Source: Eubacteriales bacterium (GTDB taxonomy: Bacteria > Bacillota > Clostridia > Christensenellales > Aristaeellaceae). From it: 14,430 bases of DNA. A program made the translations under genes and the position numbers. The notes beneath the pieces were generated by a model. That model saw only the letters and a program-made list of their open reading frames with translations. It was not told the DNA's origin and searched no databases. The stretch lies in assembly GCA_031553615.1 (NCBI GenBank), contig JAVBLJ010000067.1:1-14430 (forward strand). The letters are read 5' to 3'. Shown one piece after another: positions 8,038 through 14,094 of this stretch (the first letter of the stretch is position 1; each line of letters opens with the position of its first letter).

Positions 8038-9138
8038 ATGAATATCATTGTAAACGAAAACCAGCGCGCGCTGCTGTTTAAGAACGGACGCTTTGTAAAG
8101 CTGCTGATGCCCGGCAAGCACCGCGCATTGTTTGGCAACTATAGCGTGCAAAAGGTCGAGGTTAAGGACGAGTTCCGCCCGGAGATCGGGCAGCTCAAGA
8201 ACTATGCGAACATGCCTGAGCTAGCAAGCCAACTGGCTACCGTTGAGGTAGGCGATGCGCAGGTGGCATTGCGCTTCGAGGACGGGCGTCTGATGCCCAG
8301 CGCGCTAAAAAGCGGGCTGCACGCGTTCTGGAAGGCGGGTTCTGAGCACACCTTTCAGCTGCTGGACGTAACGGAGCCGGAGATCAATGACGTCCCGCCC
8401 GTGCACCTCATGAGCATCCCTTACATGGTACAGCGCGTGGAGGTGTTGCCCGGGCAAAAGGCATTGCTGATGCGCGACGGCGAGTTTGTGAAGCTGCTTT
8501 GTGAAGGCACGCACTTTTACTGGAGGCAAGAAGTATCCGGCATCAAGATAAGCGCGCAGGTGGTGGACACGAAGCTTATGCAGATGAGCGTGCAAGGCCA
8601 GGAAGTGCTCTCGCTGGATAAGGTGGCGGTGCGCGCGAACTTCATCTGCCGCTACCGGATCACCGACTGTGTTCGCGCCATCACCGAAATCGCGGATTAT
8701 GAGGAGCAGTTGCATGTCGCGGCGCAACTTATCTTACGGGAGTACATCGGCCAGCACAGGCTGGATGAACTGCTGGAGAATCGCGAGCAGCTAGGCCAGT
8801 TTGTATTGCAGGGCATAAAGAAGCGTGAGTCCGAATTCTTCATCGAGGTGGTGGACGCGGGCGTTCGCGACATCATTCTGCCCGGCGAGATCCGCGAGAT
8901 CATGAACACCGTGCTGGTTGCCGAAAAAAAGGCGCAGGCCAACGTGATCACTCGTCGCGAAGAGGTTGCCTCTACCCGCAGCTTGCTGAACACTGCAAAG
9001 CTGATGGATGAGAACGCAACGCTGATGAAGCTCAAAGAAATGGAATACCTGGAAAAAATCTGCGAAAACGTGGGCTCCATCACCGTCCATGGCGGCAGCG
9101 ATCTACTGGGTCAGCTGGCTACAATGCTGAAAGCGTAA
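8038..9138 (+). CDS. SPFH/Band-7 (slipin/stomatin-like) domain protein, apparently soluble (no N-terminal TM segment)
   Basis: ATG 8038 follows GAGGAGGG with a 7-nt spacer. The track start at 7840 adds R/A-rich junk. The C-terminal two thirds match SPFH cores (...VRDIILPGEIREIMNTVLVAEKKAQANVITRREEVASTRSLLNTAKLMDENATLMKLKEMEYLEKI; compare QmcA ...IKDIDPPKEIQEAMEKQMKAERDKRA...). The N-terminus carries the SPFH strand motif twice (NQRALLFKNGRFVKLLMPG and GQKALLMRDGEFVKLLCEG). No hydrophobic stretch is long enough for a membrane anchor. Confidence 0.88.
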   Translation: MNIIVNENQRALLFKNGRFVKLLMPGKHRALFGNYSVQKVEVKDEFRPEIGQLKNYANMPELASQLATVEVGDAQVALRFEDGRLMPSALKSGLHAFWKAGSEHTFQLLDVTEPEINDVPPVHLMSIPYMVQRVEVLPGQKALLMRDGEFVKLLCEGTHFYWRQEVSGIKISAQVVDTKLMQMSVQGQEVLSLDKVAVRANFICRYRITDCVRAITEIADYEEQLHVAAQLILREYIGQHRLDELLENREQLGQFVLQGIKKRESEFFIEVVDAGVRDIILPGEIREIMNTVLVAEKKAQANVITRREEVASTRSLLNTAKLMDENATLMKLKEMEYLEKICENVGSITVHGGSDLLGQLATMLKA

Positions 9139-9329
9139 TGATGCCGACTGGAAGCGAAGCCATTATGAAACAATGAATCACAAAATCCTTCACGGATCGA
9201 GCGGAAAGAGGGCGTCAAAACCCTGCGCACTGCGGAGTCTGGAAGCAGGGCGCGGGTTTCGCCTCCCCGGACAGCGAGTACGTCGTCCGATTCGTCTAGG
9301 CCCGCTCCGCGCTGGATTACATGAAGCTG

Positions 9330-9340
9330 ATGGTGTAAAT
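9330..9340 (+). promoter_or_regulatory. candidate internal extended -10 promoter element upstream of rtcB (aTGgTGTAAAT), no recognisable -35
   Basis: Same 10-mer as at 5341-5350. It lies about 50 nt upstream of the rtcB ATG. There is no terminator between the SPFH gene and rtcB, so read-through is also expected. Confidence 0.3.
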
Positions 9341-9391
9341 GGGATGAGCTAAACGCGCTTTTTGCCACATCACGACGGGGGGATACACAAC

Positions 9392-10594
9392 ATGATCGAG
9401 ATCAAGGGAACGCACAACATCGCGTATGCTTTTACAAACGAAGTCGAGCCCAATGCCGCCGCGCAGATCCGAGACGTGTGCGATCAGCCGCATTTTGAAG
9501 GCTGCAAAATCCGGATCATGCCGGATGTTCACGCGGGCAAGGGCTGTACCATCGGCACCACAATGACGCTCACGGATAAGGTGGTGCCCAACATGGTGGG
9601 CGTTGACATCGGCTGCGGCATGGAGACGGTGCGCCTGCGCGAGCAGGAGATCGACTTCGTCAAACTGGACGGGGCGATCCGCGCGCATGTACCCTGTGGC
9701 CGCGAAGTGCGCGAACGGGAGCATCCGTACAACACGCAGATCGACCTGAGCAAGCTGCGCTGCGGCGGAGAATTGCAGCTCGGTCGCGCGCGCACGAGCA
9801 TCGGCACGCTAGGCGGCGGCAATCACTTCATCGAGGTGGATCGGGACGACGAGGGCAATCTGTACCTGGTGGTACACTCAGGCAGCCGCCACCTGGGCAC
9901 CGAGATCGCCGACTGGTATCAGCAGGAAGGGTTCCGCACGCTGTGCGGCAATGCCAAGGTGCAGATTGACGAACTGATCGCCGAGCTGAAACGCACCGGT
10001 CGGCGCAAGGAAATTCAGCAGCGCGTGCGGGAGACCAAGGCATTTAACACGCCGCCGGTGCCCGAAAGCCTGGCCTATGTAGAGGGCCGGCTGTTTGATG
10101 ATTATATCCACGACATGCGCATCACCCAGGCATTCGCGGCGCTCAACCGCAAGGCTATGGTGGATGTGATCCTCACCGAAATGGGTCTGCATAGCGAAGA
10201 TGCCTTCACTACCATTCACAACTATATCGACACCGAATCGATGATTCTTCGGAAGGGCGCGGTGTCGGCGCGCGCGGGCGAGAGGCTGTTGATCCCAATC
10301 AACATGCGCGATGGTTCCTTGCTGTGCACCGGCCTGGGGAACAACGACTGGAACCAGTCCGCGCCTCACGGAGCCGGGCGGCTAATGAGCCGCATGGAGG
10401 CCAACCGCAGGCTATCGCTTGAGCAGTTTAAGGACGAGATGCGGGGCATTTATTCCACTTCCGTCGGGAAAGACACCCTGGACGAATCGCCCATGGCCTA
10501 CAAAGGCATGGACGCAATCATATGCAACATCGGCCCGACGGCGCGCATTGAGAAGATCATCCGACCCGTGTACAATTTTAAGGCGTCGGTATAA
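9392..10594 (+). CDS. rtcB: RNA ligase RtcB (3'-phosphate/2',3'-cyclic-phosphate to 5'-OH RNA ligase)
   Basis: 400 aa from ATG 9392 (MIEIKGTHNIAYAF...). The track start at 9362 is a TTG 10 codons upstream. The protein carries the full set of RtcB metal/GTP-site signatures: RIMPDVHAGKG, VGVDIGCGM, GGGNHFIEV, VVHSGSRHLG, HNYID, ILRKGA, PINMRDG and APHGAGR. Confidence 0.95.
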   Translation: MIEIKGTHNIAYAFTNEVEPNAAAQIRDVCDQPHFEGCKIRIMPDVHAGKGCTIGTTMTLTDKVVPNMVGVDIGCGMETVRLREQEIDFVKLDGAIRAHVPCGREVREREHPYNTQIDLSKLRCGGELQLGRARTSIGTLGGGNHFIEVDRDDEGNLYLVVHSGSRHLGTEIADWYQQEGFRTLCGNAKVQIDELIAELKRTGRRKEIQQRVRETKAFNTPPVPESLAYVEGRLFDDYIHDMRITQAFAALNRKAMVDVILTEMGLHSEDAFTTIHNYIDTESMILRKGAVSARAGERLLIPINMRDGSLLCTGLGNNDWNQSAPHGAGRLMSRMEANRRLSLEQFKDEMRGIYSTSVGKDTLDESPMAYKGMDAIICNIGPTARIEKIIRPVYNFKASV

Positions 10595-10640
10595 AGGATC
10601 GATATAAGGGTTCGATATAAAGGATTGATAAAAAAAGGAA
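10594..10640. repeat. three imperfect tandem direct repeats (AAGGATCGATATAA / GGGTTCGATATAAA / GGATTGATAAAAAAA) filling the rtcB-downstream intergenic spacer
   Basis: Seen directly. The pattern is RGGDTYGATAWAAA x3 between the rtcB stop (10592-10594) and the AAGGAAGG Shine-Dalgarno of the next gene. Confidence 0.5.
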
Positions 10641-10650
10641 GGTGTTGGAC

Positions 10651-11628
10651 ATGAAATTCTTTACGCCCGAATGGGATTACGCTTCCCGGCGAACATCATT
10701 GAGCCTCGGACTGCACCCGGATAAGCGCGCCAAGACCTTCGATGAATCGTTTTACAACAGGGTATACCAGCAGGCGTATCAGCGCGAATATCGAATGATG
10801 AAGAGCGTTCACGAAGTCTCCCATGCGGAGTTGATCATGAGGATGTACAAGCCTTTATATGACGCGGACGAAATGAGCCGGGAGGACTATGAAACCGCGG
10901 TGGAAGATGCGCGCCGTCTGGACGCGGAAAAGCCTCCGTTTTGCGAGGAGGCCGTAATCAGCCGATGCCAAACGCAGCTAAGAAATTCGCAGAGGAGCTA
11001 TCAGCAGCTTCTGCCTTCGGAGATTCTCTCTCGGGTGGCGGACATCCGCGTACTCGCGGCGGGCGTGGCATCGCCGGAAGTGTACAAGACGATCAAAGCA
11101 TTCACGGCGGAAAATGACCGCCTGTCCGATCAAGTGCACGAGGCGCACTCAAAACAGCTTCAATTGATTTGGGACAATATCCCGAAGGAGATTCAGGAAA
11201 ATCTGTTTTCACTGCATGATGCAACACTGGAACGTATGGAACTGGGCGATCGCACACTGACCCTGTTCCTGATGCAGGATGGTGAAAATCACTACCGGGT
11301 TCACAGCATCACCTTTGAAGATTGTGATATCCTGCACATCGACGAACCGGTGGCCGGCGGATGGTGGAAATACGTCGAGTTCGACATCCTCGAGGACGGG
11401 CGATATGAGATAGGCATTCTGTTCACCGGCGCGGTGCAGAATGAAGACGACGATTGGTTTCACCAAACCATCGAAGTGCGCTCACCCAGGATTTCCTTTG
11501 TTCGTTATGAACTTACAGAGGATGAGATCAAAGCGCAACAAGCGATGTCAGAACGGGTAGAACGGCTCGAGCAAAAAGGGCTGGTGACGCGCCTTGCTCC
11601 CCTCGTTCGCGATGAAACGAAGGAATAG
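10651..11628 (+). CDS. hypothetical acidic protein (325 aa), probably co-transcribed with rtcB; possibly DUF4085-like (low certainty)
   Basis: ATG 10651 follows AAGGAAGGTG. The track ORF begins at a GTG 3 codons earlier. Sequence: MKFFTPEWDYASRR... No enzymatic motif was recognised, and the composition is protein-like. The N-terminal MK(F/Y)FT.EW pattern is, as I recall it, typical of the DUF4085 family. That is memory, not a search result. Confidence 0.8.
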   Translation: MKFFTPEWDYASRRTSLSLGLHPDKRAKTFDESFYNRVYQQAYQREYRMMKSVHEVSHAELIMRMYKPLYDADEMSREDYETAVEDARRLDAEKPPFCEEAVISRCQTQLRNSQRSYQQLLPSEILSRVADIRVLAAGVASPEVYKTIKAFTAENDRLSDQVHEAHSKQLQLIWDNIPKEIQENLFSLHDATLERMELGDRTLTLFLMQDGENHYRVHSITFEDCDILHIDEPVAGGWWKYVEFDILEDGRYEIGILFTGAVQNEDDDWFHQTIEVRSPRISFVRYELTEDEIKAQQAMSERVERLEQKGLVTRLAPLVRDETKE

Positions 11629-11642
11629 CATGATCGGGCAAC

Positions 11643-11669
11643 TCCCGGCAGGTTCTTTCCGAATGATCA
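11643..11669 (+). terminator. possible weak terminator after the rtcB-downstream gene
   Basis: Short hairpin CGGG caact CCCG followed by gcaggTTCTTT. The stem is short and the U-tract is poor. Confidence 0.25.
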
Positions 11670-11705
11670 CAACAGACCAACATTTCCGAAAAAACCAAAT
11701 ATCCA

Positions 11706-11748
11706 TTGACATCCTCAATACCATATGTTATAAATAACATATGGTATT
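11706..11748 (+). promoter_or_regulatory. sigma-A promoter (TTGACA -N17- TATAAAT) with an overlapping PadR-type operator, a perfect 15-bp inverted repeat containing ATGT-N8-ACAT
   Basis: TTGACA is at 11706-11711 and TATAAAT at 11729-11735 with exact 17-nt spacing. The palindrome AATACCATATGTTAT aa ATAACATATGGTATT spans 11717-11748 and covers the -10 and the expected transcription start. Confidence 0.7.
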
Positions 11749-11764
11749 GTTGGAGGTGATTGGA

Positions 11765-12700
11765 TTGACGATCGAATGCGCGATTTTAGGGCTGTTATGT
11801 CGCGAACCCTTGGCTGGATATGATCTGAAAAAGCGCATGCAAAATGCCCCGGAAATGCCTTGGTCGGGTAACAACAACCAAATCTATAAAGTCCTGAGCG
11901 CGTTGCTTGATGAAGGATTGTTGGAGAGCGAGCTGCAGCCTCAGGATGGCCTGCCCGCCAGAAAGGTGTACACAATCACCGCATTGGGCCGCACCACACT
12001 GAAGGAATGGCTAACCGCAGCACCTGAAATGATGGAACTCAAGAGCCCATTCCTCGCGCAGTTATCCGTTGCGAGCATCATTGGCGCACAGCAAGTGGAT
12101 GTGCTGCTGCATCAGTACGAGCGTCAACTTATGGCGCAGTTGCATACCCTTCCCGCCCTGTGCGATTCGGACGATTTCGATTCGGTATTGCGCTTGCTGG
12201 TTCAGGACAGCATAAAAACCAGCTATGAATCACAGCTTGGATGGGTACAACGCGCACGCGATACGCTTAGACCATTTGCGCAACAGGAACACACCGAAGC
12301 GCAAAATGTGCAGGAACACGAGGAAAATCCAGCGATGCCTTTTGACGTACTTGAGAAAAACGGTGAGAAGTACCTACATTACCGCGCTACGGCTTCCTGT
12401 CCGGAAACACTGATTCCCACACAGTTTGTCGCGGATTGTGTCGAGCAGTGTGTAAACCGCGTGATGCTGGAAGAATGTGCGCTGCCCGAGTCATTTTTCC
12501 GGCTGCGCACCGTGCTGGCGGGCGAGGTTTTACAAAAGCTTGAGCAGTACCGCGTGAGGGTCGCGCTTGTGTTAAGCCAATCGGGTGCCAAGGGAAAATT
12601 CAAGGATTTGCTGATTGAAGCAAATCGCGGAGGTCGGTTTCGCTCGTTTGCCAGCACGGAACAAGCGGAGAAATGGCTGACTGGGGAGGATGTCCAATGA
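11765..12700 (+). CDS. PadR-family transcriptional regulator with a long C-terminal extension
   Basis: The N-terminal domain ...ECAILGLLCREPLAGYDLKKRMQNAPEMPWSGNNNQIYKVLSALLDEGLLESELQPQDGLPARKVYTITALGRTTLKEWL is a canonical PadR wHTH. I chose the TTG at 11765 because GGAGGTGA lies 5 nt upstream. The in-frame ATG at 11741 (the track start) has no Shine-Dalgarno and lies inside the operator palindrome. It would fit only as a leaderless start. Confidence 0.85.
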   Translation: MTIECAILGLLCREPLAGYDLKKRMQNAPEMPWSGNNNQIYKVLSALLDEGLLESELQPQDGLPARKVYTITALGRTTLKEWLTAAPEMMELKSPFLAQLSVASIIGAQQVDVLLHQYERQLMAQLHTLPALCDSDDFDSVLRLLVQDSIKTSYESQLGWVQRARDTLRPFAQQEHTEAQNVQEHEENPAMPFDVLEKNGEKYLHYRATASCPETLIPTQFVADCVEQCVNRVMLEECALPESFFRLRTVLAGEVLQKLEQYRVRVALVLSQSGAKGKFKDLLIEANRGGRFRSFASTEQAEKWLTGEDVQ

Positions 12701-13533
12701 ATACAGCGTTTCAGTCGAAGGAAAATCGGGAGGCTGTACTTGGTTATTACGACAACATGATGGGAATGCTGCGGATACCTTATGAACGTTTGGAAATCGG
12801 TACGCGATATGGCCATACGTCGCTAATCGCGGCTGGCGATGCCCATAAACCGCCGCTGATTCTTTTGCACGGCAGCAGCATGAACGCGGCGATGTGGATC
12901 GGCGATATTCCGAAATACACGCAGGATTTTCGCGTGTACGCACCCGATCTCCCGGGCGAACCGGGAAGGAGCGACGAGCGTCAGCTGCCATTCGACACCG
13001 ACGATTACGCAAACTGGTTGCATGAGATAATGAACATGTTGCACATCGACGTAGTGTCCCTATGCGGCGCTTCCTTGGGCGGATGGCTGGCGACGAAGTT
13101 CGCTTCCCTGCATCCTGATCGCGTAGCGAAGCTGGCGCTGCTGTGCCCGGCAGGGATTGGTGGCCAAAACCATGCATTCAAGGAGATCGCAATGCGTCTA
13201 CTTCCTCAAGGCGAGGCGGGTGTGAACGAACTGTTCCGCCAAATTAACGGAGGCGACGAGATTCCGGAAGTGATGTTGAGCTATCAGAAACTGATCGCAT
13301 TCTGCTTCAATGCGCGGCAGGAACCCATCCCGTTATTTACCGATGAGGAGCTTATGAGGCTCGCGATGTCCGGTAGCGTCTTTCTCGGCGGACAGGACAT
13401 CATGCTGAACTCAAACGAAACTGCCGCGCGAGTGCGCCGATTGCTGCCTCACTTTGAGGTGGTAGAACTGCCAACTTTGGGGCATTCGCTTGCGGGGCAG
13501 GGGGCTTCTGTGTTGGAGTTTCTTGCTAAGTAA
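12697..13533 (+). CDS. alpha/beta-fold hydrolase
   Basis: ATG 12697 overlaps the PadR stop (ATGA) and follows GGGGAGGA. HG motif LILLHGSS, nucleophile elbow GASLGG, and a C-terminal His region (LGHSL). The track start at 12673 is less likely because it has no Shine-Dalgarno. Confidence 0.88.
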   Translation: MNTAFQSKENREAVLGYYDNMMGMLRIPYERLEIGTRYGHTSLIAAGDAHKPPLILLHGSSMNAAMWIGDIPKYTQDFRVYAPDLPGEPGRSDERQLPFDTDDYANWLHEIMNMLHIDVVSLCGASLGGWLATKFASLHPDRVAKLALLCPAGIGGQNHAFKEIAMRLLPQGEAGVNELFRQINGGDEIPEVMLSYQKLIAFCFNARQEPIPLFTDEELMRLAMSGSVFLGGQDIMLNSNETAARVRRLLPHFEVVELPTLGHSLAGQGASVLEFLAK

Positions 13534-13599
13534 TACTATTCCTCGTTCGATTTCACGCAATAGATCGCGGAAGGTTTTTGCGAATGGCTAGGAGCCTGA

Positions 13600-13628
13600 G
13601 GTCAGCGTAGCTGGCAGCTACGCTGACC
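13600..13628. repeat. near-perfect 14-bp inverted repeat (GGTCAGCGTAGCTG g CAGCTACGCTGACC) in the hydrolase 3' region
   Basis: Seen directly. There is no following U-tract, so it is not an intrinsic terminator. It could be an RNA stability hairpin or a protein-binding palindrome. Confidence 0.5.
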
Positions 13629-13755
13629 GAAGCGCGACAACGTCATTCGGATAAATATCCGCGAGATATTTCAGCGGAGCGCACTTCAATCGAAATCACC
13701 CTGTTTTTGCACAGTTCATAAAAAACAATTTCTCCCCCCATTTTCCGAGGACAAG

Positions 13756-13783
13756 CAAAAAAGCCCGCTGCTGCGGGCTTTTT
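13756..13783. terminator. bidirectional Rho-independent terminator (AAAAAA GCCCGC tgct GCGGGC TTTTTT)
   Basis: Perfect 6-7 bp GC stem flanked by an A6 run and a T6 run. It terminates the minus-strand tRNA-Trp transcript and any plus-strand read-through from the hydrolase operon. Confidence 0.85.
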
Positions 13784-13822
13784 TGCATTGTGTGGTAACC
13801 TACAAGAAGTTACCCACGAATT

Positions 13823-13896
13823 TGGCAGGGGCAGAAGGACTCGAACCCTCAACAAAGGTTTTGGAGACCCACGTGTTACCATTACACCATGCCCCT
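13823..13896 (-). tRNA. trnW: tRNA-Trp (anticodon CCA), CCA 3' end encoded
   Basis: Reverse complement: AGGGGCA TG GTGT AATGGTA ACAC G TGGGT CTCCAAA ACCTT TGTTG GAGGG TTCGAGT CCTTC TGCCCCT G CCA. The 7-bp acceptor is identical to Bacillus tRNA-Trp. The D-arm and the T-arm (GG-TTCGAGT-CC) are canonical. The anticodon loop is CU-CCA-AA. Confidence 0.93.
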
Positions 13897-13909
13897 ACGA
13901 ACAGGAGCA

Positions 13910-13938
13910 ATTGTACCGCACCCGGGCAGCGTTGTCAA
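13910..13938 (-). promoter_or_regulatory. consensus sigma-A promoter for tRNA-Trp (TTGACA -N17- TACAAT on the minus strand)
   Basis: Reverse complement of 13933-13938 is TTGACA and of 13910-13915 is TACAAT, with a 17-nt spacer. The -10 ends about 13 nt before the mature tRNA 5' end. Confidence 0.55.
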
Positions 13939-14034
13939 GCATTTTTGAATGACAAACTTGGTACAATCGGGCTGCGATCTGGGCGGCAATCCTGTACAGC
14001 AATCCTCATGAAAGAATAACGGAAAGATTAGCGG

Positions 14035-14063
14035 ATGACATTTGCTCAACCGGGTGGTATGAT
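14035..14063 (+). promoter_or_regulatory. candidate promoter of the MATE gene (ATGACA -N17- TG-g-TATGAT)
   Basis: Extended -10 at 14055-14063 and a -35-like ATGACA at 14035-14040. GGAGGA Shine-Dalgarno at 14083-14088. A second extended -10-like TGgTACAAT lies at 13959-13967. Confidence 0.5.
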
Positions 14064-14094
14064 GATTGCAATCGCGCGCACAGGAGGATTGCAT

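Noticed and set aside
7555-8081. ORFs 7662..8081 (+), 7555..7917 (-), 7760..8014 (-), 7953..8138 (-) in the leader
   Set aside because: The translations are R/A/P-rich nonsense without start signals. The region is better explained as structured RNA.
8305-9090. minus ORFs 8305..8727, 8697..9083, 8791..9090
   Set aside because: They are antisense to the SPFH gene, which has clear family motifs.
9138-9176. 13-codon micro-ORF MMPTGSEAIMKQ overlapping the SPFH stop
   Set aside because: It has no Shine-Dalgarno and is very short. It is most likely chance.
9111-10369. minus ORFs 9111..9368, 9317..9724, 9529..9822, 9828..10043, 9878..10369 and plus 10419..10607
   Set aside because: They are antisense or off-frame within rtcB, whose plus frame carries every RtcB active-site motif.
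5208-10640. CRISPR array
   Set aside because: The only direct repeats are 2 x 14 nt and 3 x ~14 nt, with no spacers of regular length and no cas genes.
11209-11975. minus ORFs 11209..11466, 11528..11740, 11715..11975
   Set aside because: They are antisense to the 10651 gene and the PadR gene, and the last one runs through the PadR promoter.
12225-13177. ORFs 12225..12413 (+), 12379..12816 (-), 12572..13177 (-), 12823..13044 (-)
   Set aside because: They are shadows of the PadR C-terminal region and of the alpha/beta hydrolase, whose HG and GxSxG motifs fix the plus frame.
13643-14094. ORFs 13643..13882 (-), 13783..14019 (+), 13882..14094 (-)
   Set aside because: They overlap the tRNA-Trp gene, its promoter and the bidirectional terminator. 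Each has no Shine-Dalgarno and junk composition.
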